The notes beneath the pieces were generated by a model. The model had not been told where the DNA came from. It searched no databases and saw nothing but the letters and a program-made list of their open reading frames with translations. Below, one piece after another: positions 44,637 through 57,142 of a stretch of 64,000 bases of DNA. The stretch is from NCBI GenBank assembly GCA_017654855.1, contig CM030336.1, forward strand, positions 3,844,001-3,908,000, read 5' to 3'. The DNA comes from Podospora anserina. Lineage: Eukaryota. The translations under genes and the position numbers were made by a program. Numbering within the stretch: the first letter of the stretch is position 1; each line of letters starts with the position of its first letter.

Positions 44637-45686
44637 ATGAAGTTCTTGTCCCTTCTTGCCGCTGCCTCCACGGCGACGGCTCATACCATCTTTGTCCAGC
44701 TCGATGCCGGGGGCAAGGTGTATCCTGTCTCGCACGCTATCCGGACTCCCACCTATGATGGCCCGATCACCAACGTTAACTCGAATGACTTGGCCTGCAA
44801 TGGGGGGCCAAACCCGACAATGAAGTCGAATGAGGTCATCACCGTCCAGGCAGGCACGACGGTCAAAGCGGTGTGGAGGCACACGCTGACTTCGGGGCCG
44901 AATAATGTCATGGATGCTTCCCACAAGGGGCCGACGTTGGCGTATTTGAAAAAGGTTAGCAATGCGCTGACCGACACGGGGATTGGAGGGGGGTGGTTCA
45001 AGATTCAGGAGGATGGCTATAACGGGGGGAATTGGGGGACCAGCAAGGTTATCAATAATGCTGGGTTGCATTATATGTTTGTTTTCCCCTTTTTTTCTTT
45101 TTTCCTCTCTCTGTTGTATGAACTTTCGTGGTTGATATCAGTACTAGTGATATCCCCTCTTGCATCGCCCCGGGCCAATACCTCCTCCGCGCCGAGATGA
45201 TTGCTCTCCACGGCGCTGGTTCGTCAGGTGGTGCTCAGCTTTATGTACGTCCCCTTCCTCCTTCCCCCTTCCCCCCTCTTACATGGTGCTAACGTAGGTT
45301 TGTAGATGGAATGCGCCCAAATCAACATCGTCGGCGGGACTGGCGCGGTCTCGCCCAAGACGTACTCCATCCCCGGCATCTACAAGTCCAACGACCCGGG
45401 TATTTTGGTCAACATCTACTCCATGACCACGTCCTCAAAGTACACCATCCCTGGCCCACCCCTCTTCACCTGCGCCGGCGGCAGCGGAGGATCAGGTCCG
45501 GTGACGACCCAACCTGAACCAGTGGTGGAGGAGGTGCCGGTCCCGACCCAGCCAGAGCCGGTGGACAGCGGGTGCGAGGCTGCGCAGTGGCAGCAGTGCG
45601 GTGGGCAGAATTATTCTGGTTGCACCAGGTGCGCGGCTGGGTTTACGTGTAAGAATATCAATCAGTACTATCATCAGTGCTCGTAG
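44637..45686 (+). CDS. AA9 lytic polysaccharide monooxygenase with C-terminal CBM1; introns 45077-45147 and 45245-45305
   Basis: Signal peptide followed by His1 (HTIF), [27 protein letters not shown], then CBM1 [16 protein letters not shown]...YYHQC. It closely resembles Neurospora LPMO9A from memory. Confidence 0.95.
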
Positions 45687-45801
45687 GGGTACTTTTGAGA
45701 GAAGGGGGAAGGGCACGGTGTCGGTAGCGTTGGCAGGGGAAAGATCTGGGTTGGACAAAGTTGCGCATCGTTGAAAATACGTGTGATTCAGTACACATCT
45801 C

Positions 45802-46323
45802 TCAGAGCTTAGCCTTTGGCATCTCAGCAGCAATGCACTCCACCTCAACATCAGTCCCCAAAGGCAGCTGGTAAACAGCTACACAAGTCCGCGCCTATGC
45901 GATGCACCCCCATCAGCAAATACTCAATCGGCCGGCAAAGGTTGCAAGACCTACCGGCTTGGGCTCTTTGGTAAAGAACTGATCATAAACCTCGTTCATG
46001 TCCTTGAAGTTCTTCATGTCGGTCAAGAAGACATTAACCTTTGCGACATGGTCTAGGCTGCTTCCCGCCGCTAGGAGGACCTCCTTGAGGTTGTCGAGGC
46101 ATTGTCTCTGGTTTGTGTGTCAAAATATGCAAGGTATCCGAGAAAGGAGCGATGGATGGATTCTTACCACGCGATCTTGGAAGGAACCCTCGATGAACTT
46201 TCCAGTCTTGGGATCGGTGGCGAGAGAGCCGGAGCAGAACACCATGCCGTTGTGCTTGATGGCTTGGCTGAGCTGCGGGATGGGCGCGGGGGCGTTTTGG
46301 GTGAAGACGGCGGTGGGGGCCAT
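45802..46323 (-). CDS. RidA/YjgF/UK114 enamine deaminase; two introns; ends in -AKL
   Basis: APAPIPQLSQAI, VFCSGSL, LDNLKEVLLAAGS, KVNVFLTDMKNFKDMNEVY, ARTCVAVYQLPLGTDVEVECIA...PKAKL*. Confidence 0.88.
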
Positions 46324-46923
46324 GGTGGCTAAGGATTATGGGTGAAGTATGTTTCTGAAACGAAGAAGTGATTGATGTTGGTGAAGAGGAGAAGACGGTG
46401 TGGTTGGGAGGAGAGAAAACAACTCCACAGATGTCAAGCTAGAGATGATGGATATTTTGCCCCGCGTCCTATTGCTGATCAGGGAGGTGCATAGATATCC
46501 TCTTACAGGGCAACTACGTGATGCCGTCAAGGCTGGGTCGTCTTTTTAGAACAGGATTACGGTTCTATATAAGCAATCGAGGTTTTCACTGAACAACATC
46601 GTATCTTCAAATGGGCAAGAAAGACTCTGGGTGAATATTGACCCCTGGTTCCTGGTGATTGACCCCTGTCTCTTTTCCTAGATGAAGAACGCGCCAGCAA
46701 CGGAGCACAGACCACCAAAAAACGCAAGGCCTGAATCCTGACGTAACCACAGCGTTCTCAAAAATCACTGGCTTGACTTACACCACCAAAACGGTGTGAA
46801 ATTGCAACGTCTAACTCATTCACTCTCACAACATGTTCCCTGATTTTTTCACCATAACCATTTCTTTTTTAACTTGCACTCTCGTACTTGAGTCAACAAT
46901 CCAAATCGACACCAATTGATTCG

Positions 46924-48009
46924 ATGAGAACCCCCATCCTCCTCAGCGCCCACCGCGCTGCTGCTCACTACCGCCCACTCGGCCTCACAAAATCTCATCA
47001 TGCCGCCTTGTCCAACTCAACTCTCATAGCTCACTCACGTCTTCACTTCCAGCACCGATTCAACTCCTCCTCCTCCTACTCCTCCTCCTCCTCCTCCTCC
47101 TCCTCCTCCCCTCAACCCCCCCTACCGCTCAACCTCACCCCCCCAGACATCCAATACAACAAAACCCTCAACCCACCCCCCACCACCCGTCCCCCCCCTT
47201 TTTCCATCCCCGAAAACAACCCCTCCCTCTCCCTCCCACGGAACCTCCTCGCCAAAGGCAAGGCCATCCTGACGTTTTACAAAACCGGCCTCAAATCCAT
47301 CCTCGTGAACCGCCGCCTCTGCTACACGCCCCTCGACTCTTTGCCTGAGCCGCTCAAGCAGTTGAAACCCTACCCCGACACGCGCGCGGCGCTGATACTG
47401 AAGTCCCGGTTGAGGCATGATTTGGGGAGGCTGATACCCCTTTCGTTGATATTGCTTGTCTGCGCCGAGTTCACGCCTGTGGTTATACTGGGGGCGCCGA
47501 ACTTGAAGGTCACGCCGTTGACGTGTCGGATGCCGAGGGAGGTTGAGGCGATCAGGGGGAGGGATAGGGTTGTGAGGAAACGGGCGAGGGAGCTGTACGG
47601 GAAGGGGGAGGGGGAGGTGGATGTGGTTGTTGGGGAGGTGCTGAGGGTGGGGAGGCCGAGGTTTGTGCCGGGGTGGATTTATCCGGGGGTGGTGAGGAAG
47701 GGGAAACTGGAGAGGAGGCTGGCGTGGATTGTGGCGGATGATGCGATGATTGTGCAGGGCGGGGGGGAGGGGGAGTTGGTGGTGGAGGAGGTGAGGGTGG
47801 CGTTGGAGGAGAGGGGGGTTGATGTGCTGGGGAAGGGGGAGGAGGAGCTGAGGGGGTTGTTGAGGAAGTGGTTGGAGATCACGGGGCAGGTGGAGGATTT
47901 GGATGTGAGGAGGGAGGTGGTCAAGGGGATGGTGGTGCAGGGCGAGGAGAGGTGGGGGAGGTGGGAGAGGTGGGAGGAGAGTAAATTGACGCTGGAGGGT
48001 TGGATTTGA
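46924..48009 (+). CDS. LETM1-like mitochondrial protein
   Basis: Arg/Ser-rich presequence-like N-terminus; GKAILTFYKTGLK, RHDLGRLIPLSLILLVCAEFTP, EVRVALEERGVD. Confidence 0.65.
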   Translation: MRTPILLSAHRAAAHYRPLGLTKSHHAALSNSTLIAHSRLHFQHRFNSSSSYSSSSSSSSSSPQPPLPLNLTPPDIQYNKTLNPPPTTRPPPFSIPENNPSLSLPRNLLAKGKAILTFYKTGLKSILVNRRLCYTPLDSLPEPLKQLKPYPDTRAALILKSRLRHDLGRLIPLSLILLVCAEFTPVVILGAPNLKVTPLTCRMPREVEAIRGRDRVVRKRARELYGKGEGEVDVVVGEVLRVGRPRFVPGWIYPGVVRKGKLERRLAWIVADDAMIVQGGGEGELVVEEVRVALEERGVDVLGKGEEELRGLLRKWLEITGQVEDLDVRREVVKGMVVQGEERWGRWERWEESKLTLEGWI

Positions 48010-49151
48010 GATTTTTGTATGATTGGGTGGTGCAGCGTGGAGCCGAGGGTTGGGAAAAGCGCGGGTTGAAATTTGGAGGAGGTTGTAAACGTACATGTTT
48101 TTGTTTGTGGGAGATGGACCTTGGCGTGATTAGATTATAGACGGTACAATGTAGACACACCTTACAGTCATGACAGGTACATCTCCGGCTTCGCCTGGGC
48201 GATGAATCTCGGTTGCTGACTACACTCCATATGGGCGCTCTCGACTGCCTTCCTAACGAGGCTGAAGATTTCTTAGGTTGCGCAATTGCACTTGAGTTAC
48301 TGGAAGACCACACGCCGCAGAAATAAAAGGACGAACTCGCACGGCTGCAAGGCGTATCAGCAGCGCTTCAACAGCTACATGTGAGTTAAGGCCCTGTATT
48401 GTCTTGATGGTACCTGCAGTAGGTGTGTCGGCGTCGTACTCTTTGAGCGGTTGGGCAGATCACAACACCTGAAGAAATGCTTCACGAGACAGGCGAGAAG
48501 ATGGATTTGCAGAAGGGCCGGCGGCAGGTAGTCGACATGCTGAGCGGAACATCAACCACCCCCGAGGGAACCACAGTTACATATTACTCCATCCAAGCAA
48601 CTTCACCAGCAGCCACCTCAATACCCTTCTCGCACCAACTAGCCAGGTGGTCAAGTTGTTTTGGGTAACGAGACTGCTGGAACATGTGGAATGGCACCCG
48701 CGAAAGGGCCCAAACCACCGCCGGTCACCTTCCGCAGAATAACTGACGGGGGGGAGTGAAGCACACAACCCTAACCCCCAATGTGGTATGACCCCTGTTG
48801 ATACAATTTGACAGCTTTGCTCTGCTGCCCCCACATTCTCCCGCGATCTCCAAAATATCCCGACGAACGCCCCACCCCGCTCACTCGGCGGACCTGGTGT
48901 CAAAACGTGGCTTGCGTGGAGTGTCCAGGAATGGTAATAGCTTTTTGTGTTGGTCTGGCCGCGGTTCCATGTTTTTGTTGAGGAGAGCAGCTGGCTGAAG
49001 CTGAACCTTCCTTTGGTCATTACTCGTGTTGCTGTTTCAACTTTCCGAGGTCCAGCCTCACTCGCTGTTTACATACATACATACACCACCGGATCTGCCT
49101 TGACGGAAGCCTCGGGGAATGGCAAACAACCACTGAGAAAACTTGGACAAA

Positions 49152-51128
49152 ATGGGACTGTTCACCTACCGCTTCATTGAAGGCCTGACCGAAGCCGAAA
49201 AGCAGGCACGGCGCCGGGCGCTGGACAACTACGGCCTTGCGGCTCAGCTTTCGGATTTGCTACCGGTGGTGTTGATCTTGCTGTATAGGCTGACGAAGTG
49301 GGTTGTGAGGGAGAGGGTGGATGGGAGTGCCAATGGAGAGTATGCTGCTGTGCCGAGCTCGCCGGTGATGAAGAAGCGGAGGGAGGAGGGGGTGAGGTCT
49401 TGGAGCGTGAGGAAGAGGCGGTTGCGGTGGTGGTTGGGGGAGGATGTGGTTGTGGCGGGGCATGTTTACGGGCAGAGGGATCGTGAGTTTTTTTTTTTTT
49501 TGTTTTTTTTTCAGGGAGGTGTAGGTACAAGGGTGAAAGCTGACAGTTGATAGAATGGATTCTTGGGGTCGTGTGGTTTCTTTGGCTGGCGGTGCTCTCA
49601 GTCAAGGATACGGGAGAGGGCGAGTTGTGTCTCTACATCCATGTAAAGTGAGATGCTAACAGTCACGACAGACTACCTCCACCTAACCAAACGCTTCGGC
49701 ATCGTCGCCGTCTCCCAATACCCCCTCCAATACCTCCTCTCCCTCAAGTCCCTCAACCCCTTCTCCTACCTCCTCAAATCCTCCCACGAACAAGTCAACC
49801 GCTGGCACCGCGTCTCGGCCCGGGTAACCACCACCCTCTTGTTCATCCACGCGGCCCTCTACCTGAACTTCTACATCCAAAACAACCGCCTCTACCGCCT
49901 CGGCGTCCCCCTCGTCCTCGCCGGCGTCGTCGCCTTTTTCTCCCTCAACCTCATGCTCACCACCGCCCTCCGCCCCGTCCGCCGCTTCTCCTACCGCCTC
50001 TTCTTCATCACCCACCTCCTCCTCGCCATCTCCATCCCCTTCCTCATCCTCTTCCACGCCGCCCCGGCAAGGTCATACATGATCCAGGCCCTGCTCGTCT
50101 TTTTTGTCGATCTGATCTCGAGAAAAATGGACACGGTGACTGGCCACGCAAAGTTTGAGTCCATCCCGGGCACGAACCTCGTCAAACTCAGCGCTGCGAT
50201 CCCTCACGTCAAGATCAATCGGTTCAGGGGCAGCCCGGGGAGCCACATCTACCTCTCCATCCCCGCAGCAGCAAGAGCGACTTTCCAAGACCCGACGAGC
50301 ATATCGCACCTGCTGTTTGAGTTTCTGTTCAACCCTTTTACTGTCGCGAGCGTGGGGGAGCAGGAGAGCGAGGTGACGATGATTGCGAGGCACAATGGGG
50401 GTCCGATGACGGCTGCGCTGGGGCATTATGCTGTTTTGGCTAAGCAGCAGCAGCAGCAGCAACCTCCTTCTCGATCCGCCAACAGTTTGTCGATTCCCGA
50501 CGCGAGAAACGAGGGGAAGATCCCGCTTAACATCGAGGGGCCGTACGGATCGGTGACGCACTTTCCGAATCTCGGCCAGTTTGACAGGGTGCTGCTCGTG
50601 GCGGGCGGTGTAGGGGCTACGTTCACTGTGCCGGTGTACAAATCTGTCGTGGCGGAGAACCCGAACGCGAAGGTGAAGATGGTTTGGAGCGTGAGGACTG
50701 CGGGGGATGCGACGTGGGCGCTGCTGAGGGAGGGGTTGATGGATGATGAGAATGTGCAGATATATGTCACGGGGGTGACGGAGGGGAGGACGAGGGGTGG
50801 GGTTTGGGATCAGCAACAGCAGGATGGGGGGGAGGGGAGTGGAGCGGAGGGGACGGAGATGAGCAGGATGTTTAGACGGAGGAGCGGGAGTAACAGCGGC
50901 GGGAGCGGTAGTGGTGGGACGGGGGGGAGGTTTACCAGTTTGCATAATCGGCAGAGGCCGGATTTGAGGAGGGTGGTGGATGAGATGTTCAGGCATGGGC
51001 AGGAGGAGAAGGTGGCGGTTGTGGTGTGCGGGCCGGAGGAGATGGCGAGGGAGTTGAGGGAGTATGTGGGTGTTTGGGTGAGGAGGGGGAGGGTGGTTTG
51101 GTTTCACAAGGAGGGTTTTGGGTTTTGA
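49152..51128 (+). CDS. Ferric/cupric reductase-like transmembrane protein; introns 49483-49553 and 49620-49671 (GC-AG)
   Basis: Heme-ligand His motifs (NRWHR, FIHAALY, FFITH, LFH), NPFT, IEGPYG, LVAGGVGATF, VCGP, HKEGFGF. Confidence 0.88.
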
Positions 51129-51569
51129 GGGGGCTTTGATGGTTGGATAGATCGAGAAAGAGATTTTGAGAAGTATGCAGTAGTCGATGTAGACAAGGGG
51201 TGTAACCTCATAGCCAGAACGTTGCTCATTTTTAGTTCTGGTAACCTGCAAAGCATGCTTGATACGAGATGCTAATTTGAACCCATACTTCACCAGCTGT
51301 TGACTTGAGAGCAACATCAGACGTCCCCCCCTCGCTTATTCCGAAGGTAGATCATACAATTTCCATCCAAAACCCACCCTCATATCTAGCATAACGAGCG
51401 ATAAACCCACAAACACAACCACCATAAACCAGTAAATAAATTACGCCACCCCATTTTCCCCAAACAATAATCATCGTTGTTGGTTTCCAATATCCATGCA
51501 GCTTCTGTGATATCTTGTTTTTTTCTGGCAAAGACCTGAACATCAACCAGCAAGTCGTCACCCAGGTTC

Positions 51570-52366
51570 CTAATCTGCTCTCTTCTTCCAGTTCACAACC
51601 CCCACCCTCCCAGCACCCGAAGCAGCCCCCCCGATATCCTCCTCACTCTCCTCCTCTTCCTCCTCCTCATCATCCCAGTTGTCCACCTCATTCTCATCCC
51701 AATTATCCACCTCCTCCTCCAAACTCTTTCCCCTTTCTTCCGTCGCAGCAGCAGCAGCAGCAGTCGTCACACCCTGCTCCTGCTGCCCATCAAAACTCCT
51801 GCCCAACCCCAACCCCTCCCCCAACTCCAAATCCTCCTCCTCTCCATCATGCAACCTCTCCAGCTCCTCCCCAGCACCACCCTCGCCACCATATCTCCTC
51901 TGCCGTTTTCTTTCCAGCATCCGCTTATGATACCACGAACACAACCCCACCGCCGCCAACGAACCGACTAAATTGGCGACGACATCATATGGATCAAACT
52001 CCCGACCGTTGGGGAGAAGGCCTTGCAAAATTTCCGAACCGATGCCGCCGCCGACGGTGCAGATGGCGAGGGTTAGGTTGAGGGTGCGGCGGCGGGTGGT
52101 GTCGATTACCCAGTAGAAGGCGAGAGTTAACAGGAAGAAGGTGAGGAAGTGGAGGGCTTTGTCGTTGAGGGGGAGGGAGGGGGAGAGTTGGAGGGTGGAG
52201 AGGCCGGCGTAGGCTGAGAGGAGGAGAAGGAGGGTGAAAACGCCTGGTTGATGGGGGGGGGGGGAAGGGCGGGATGTTAGTGGATGGTGTATATATAAGG
52301 TTAGGTGGGGAGAAGGGGAATGGGGAATGGGGAATGGTTACCTGCGAAGGGGAGCCGTATTCTCAT
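51570..52366 (-). CDS. VanZ-like membrane protein with acidic tail; intron about 52245-52341
   Basis: MRIRLPFA...NDKALHFLTFFLLT...GSEILQGLLPNGREFDPYDVVANLVGS carries the VanZ DK.LH, E..Q and D..AN motifs. Confidence 0.8.
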
Positions 52367-53591
52367 TGTTGTTGTTGTGTGTGGTTTGTTTGGCTATTTC
52401 TCGGGGGTTGAACGTGGGGTTGTTTTGCTAAGGTTGTCGGTCTGTCTGTGACAGATATGACGTTGGGCGCGCGTGAGATGAATCACCAAGATGAAGGCTG
52501 ACTGTTTTCTGTAGTAGGAGTGATTTCCGTCGTCGTCATTGTTTTTTTCTTTTTTTTTCTTGCTGTGAGTCTGTCGTTGGTTTAGGTCATGTCAGATTTG
52601 AGCTGCCTGCTGTTGTTACCTTCTGAGGCTGGCTGCTGCCCATGGGTGAGCTTGCTGGGTTCCAGGTTTCGGCTTCCTGCAGTACCCGCCTGGAGCTTCA
52701 GTGGGCTAGGGGGAGAGGGGCTGAACGTGGCGCCGTAGCGGGACAAAACGGGGCCGAACTCTGGGGGAGGAAAAGGTGGGGGTGGCAGGCCTGCCGCTGG
52801 GAACTGGAATCCCTGCCCGCTTGGGAGAGTGCTGTAATTCCAGAGAGACAGAGCCTCACTGCAGGTCGAGCGCTGGACTGGCACTGGACTTGGTTAAACC
52901 AGGAATACACAAAAACAGAAATCACTTCTGGATGAACACAAATGACATCTCAGAGTAACCTGTCCCTTGCCACACTCGACGGACTGCTCTCCTAGGCCTG
53001 GTTTCTGCAAGGAGTTGGACGCACCGAGCAGCGGTTCACGTGACTTTCACCTTTCCCCAGCCAGGGTGGGCAAGACAGGGCAGCAGAAACTCGCGAGCGG
53101 GTACATGGCCCTGGGGTGTAGGAGCTTGACTGAAGCAAGAAATTGGGGATTGCACAATGCGAAACGGCTGTAGCAGGCTCTGGCAGGTGGATTGAGCCAT
53201 ATTCTGTAGTTTTGAGTCATCAAGACCTCAAAAGTCGAGTGCGCGACAACATCACCTCTCCTCCTTCCAAGTCCCTTCTGGCAAAAGCACTGCAGCTTGC
53301 AGCCAGCAAAATCGCGGCGCCCCCCTTGTTCCCAAAAACGGCAGAAGCCTTGTCCTAAACTTGACCTCACGTCCAACTCGCCCCGAAATCACCCACGACT
53401 GAATCCATCAATACGCAACCACCTCATCGCCGACCGGGCCGAGACTGTGCAGACCATCTCTCTGGGTGCCCACGCTTCTTCCCATGTGACCAAGACGTCC
53501 TGAATTGCCCTGGTGTCGGCAGAACACGAGCGCATATCCGGCGCATGGCGACCGAGCCACCGCACTCCCCCCAGCATCCCCGGACCGGACA

Positions 53592-56500
53592 ATGTCCATC
53601 ACAAATGGCCAGAATGCCTGGCCGCCGCCATCGGCAAGCCAGGTCAACGGCGACCGAGGCCACGGTTATCACGGTGGTGCTGCCGACGACGGCCTGCCGC
53701 GGACCAATACCCCCAGCGGCGGCCACCACCCGCCCTCACTGATGCCTGAGGCGTCCGACCTCGACGACCAGCATCGCCGCGCCCTCTTCGCCCAAAAGTT
53801 TCAAGTCGCTAACCGCCGTCTGGAGATGCTGTTTGGTGACGACGGGGGCTACGACCAGGCTGCTCTCGCGTCCTTCACGCGTCCCCCGACCCCACCCGCA
53901 CCTTTGATCCCCGCCGCGACCGACCACGCGCCGATCCAAGAACCACCCCGCAAGCGGGCCAAGCGCGTCATCGACGAGGACGACTACGGCGACGACGACG
54001 ACGACGACGATGACGACGACGACGATGACGAGGAATCCCAAGACGGCGCCAATCGCATTGCTTCTAAACACTCTAGCGCCGCTGCTGCCAAGACTTTGCT
54101 ATCCCCATCGAAATCGGGGAGCTCCCCAGTGCATTCGGTGCCATCCCCTGGGAAACAGAGCAGAGAGGATGGATCGCAACAAAAAGTCAAGTCGTCAGAG
54201 GATGCGCGCAAGGAGTTGGAGGATGCGCGCACCGCGACGGAGGAGGCTGCCAAGCGCAGCTTTCACACACTATTCTACACCCTAGAAAACGACCGGACCG
54301 CCATGCTCGAGCACCAGCAGCTGGAAGAATCAGAAAAACAATTGCAGGCCGAGATGGACAAGACGGGTCACAACAGCACAAGTCAGCCGGGGAGCCAGGG
54401 CGGCCACGGCTCGCTCAGCAATGCCAACCTGGGCGCCTCGAGCCTGACGTTGAAGCACCTCATCGCCAGGATAGACCTCAAAAGAGACCAGGTTCGGGCC
54501 TCGGATGCCGAGCTGCGCTCGCTCATGAACGAAGTCCGCAAGAACCGGAGCAAATGGGCGAGTGAGGAAAATGTAGGACAGGAGGAGCTCTACGAGGCAC
54601 TGGATAAGGTGCTCAGCGAGCTCAAGGCGCACACCGAGTTTTCGACGCCGTTTCTGAACCGCGTCAACAAGAGGGATGCGCCAGATTACTACAACATAAT
54701 CAGACAACCGATGGACATGGGGACCATGACGAAGAAGCTCAAACAGCTTCAGTACAAGTCCAAGACCGAGTTCGTCACGGACCTGAACCTGATCTGGGAC
54801 AACTGCCTCCGGTACAACCAGGACATGGCCCACCCTTTCCGGCGCCTTGCCAACTCGATGCGCAAGGAGGCCGAGAAGCTAATACCCCTGATTCCGGATG
54901 TTGTCATCAGGCCAAGGGCGGAGGTGGAAGCTGAGGAAAGAAGGAAACAAAACGGGGGAGATGACGAGGACAGCGACGACGAGCCGATCATGTCCTCGCG
55001 GGGTCGCAAAGCAACAAAGGGGGCGAGCAAGTCCCGGAAGGCGCAGTCGGACCAAAAAGAAGATACCCCAAACGTGGAGACGAAGCCGGTGCTGCAGTTG
55101 AATGGACTTTTGGCGAGACATAGGGAGGGGTCCGAGATTGACGGCAGCAACGGCTTTGGGACGCCGCCGGTGGCTGGATCCATCACGCCCAGCGGCTTGA
55201 ACGGGCATCACTCCGGTGTCAGTAATGCTGATGCGATGGATATTGACGGGCCGTCGCTGAACGGGATTCATCTGAATCAAGCGCTGGGCGAGGCGGCGGA
55301 GCAGGCGTTTGAGGATGATGATTACAAGATGTGGAAGCAGGTCACGAAGAAGGACCGGGCGTTGATAGCGAAGGAGCGATATCGGTTGTTTGCGGATGGG
55401 CATTTGAATGTGGACGAGCCGGCGTTGTTGAGGACCAAGGCTGGGATGAGGCGGTTTCTAAAGTCGCAGAGGGAGGCGGAGGCGCATGGGCTTTTGCCGG
55501 GGTCGAATCAGGCTGATGCTTCGGCGGCTGGGTCGAAGGATGGGATCAAGGCGTCGGAGACGTTGGCGGAGGGGATGGAAGATGATGTGGTGAAGAACAT
55601 ACCTGCGTACTATGAGCCTCAGACGATCATCCCGGACATTGATCCGAAGCTCCAGTGGGTGGAGGATGGTGAAGGGCAGGTTATCAACCAGTTTGAGGAC
55701 ATGCTGCAGCTGGTTCCTCAGGGGCACTTCATCTCGCCCATGAGCAAGCTGACGAACAAGTTTGATGCGAACATTCGGCAAATGCAGGAGACGAGGAAGC
55801 TGTGTTCCAAGATCAGCGTCATCAAGCAGATGCAGATCCAGACACAGGTATGTTTTTTTTTTCTTTCCTTTTTTTCTTTTCTTTTTGGGTTTTGATAGCT
55901 TGCTAACAGTAATAGATGTACCAAAACCAATTCCAAAAGTACAATCCCGAACCCTTCATCGAGCAGGATATCGAGCCCCACTTCCTCGCCGGCGAGGGCC
56001 CGGTCATGGCGGGAGAAGTCTGCCGCGCAGCCATGCAGCGCTCCGTAGCCAAGATCTTCTACCACGCCGGCTTCGAAGAGCTCCAACCTTCTGCCCTCGA
56101 CACCATCACCGACATTGCTGGAGACTACTTCCAAAAGCTCGTCCGAACCTTCAACGTCTATCGCGAAGCGGAACTCAAGCCCGCCACAGGTGTCTTTGCG
56201 GAAAGGGGCGCAAAGTTTCAACGCCGGTACACCCCTGAAGAAGTCATCCTCCACACCCTCGACGAAAACGGCTACGACATTGAGCAGCTTGAAGCCTACG
56301 CCCGCGACGACGTCGGCAAGCTAGGCAGCAAATTGTCAACCCTCCACGAAAGGATGAAAGCCCACCTCGCCGACCTCCTCCGGCCGGCCCTCAACGACGC
56401 GGGAGCCGACGGCTCGGGGGCCTTCAACGACGGCTCGGAGCAGTTTGTGGGAGGGGACTTTGCCGAGGACCTCGGGGAGGACTTTTTCGGGTTCAAGTCT

Positions 56501-57142
56501 CTCGGTCTGGACAAGGAGCTCGGGCTGGACATGCTGTCTGTCCCGCTGCACCTGCTCCAATCCCGGGTGAGGAACCAGTTTCAGCTGCAGACCCAGACGG
56601 CGGGGGCGGGGGTGGGGACGGTGGACATGTTTGAGCCGCTGCCGCCGTCGGAGCCGGTTACTAGGGACTCGATCCAGGAGCAGATCGGGCTGGTCAAGAA
56701 CTTCTTCTTGGCGAAGCTGCATGCTAACGGGGACGCGCCGCTTGTGGAGGACGAGGACTTGCCTGTGAAGCAGCGGAGGCCGAGGCCGAGGTTGGGGGCG
56801 ACGGGCAAGATTGTTAGTCCGCAGAAGCGGCCGCCGAAGGAGCAGATTGCGCTGGCGAAGAAGAAGAAGAAGATGGAGAGTAGCGGGTTGGGGATGGTTA
56901 CTGCGGGGCAGAATGCGGGGAGTTTGGTTGGTGGGTTGGGAGGGGGGAGTCCGAATAAGAGTAGGAAGGTTGTGGTTGGTGGTGGTGGTGGTGGTGGTGT
57001 TGGGAGCATAACGCTGCCGACGGTGGCGGCTGGGGGCGGGGAGAGCGGGACTGAGAAGGAGGATGGTGGTGGGACGCAACAAGTGGGGGGGAGTGGTGGT
57101 GGGATGGGGATGATGAGTCCGGATAGTATGGATGTTAGGTGA
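53592..57142 (+). CDS. SPT7: SAGA subunit Spt7 (bromodomain plus histone fold); intron 55848-55915
   Basis: [71 protein letters not shown]. Confidence 0.93.
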
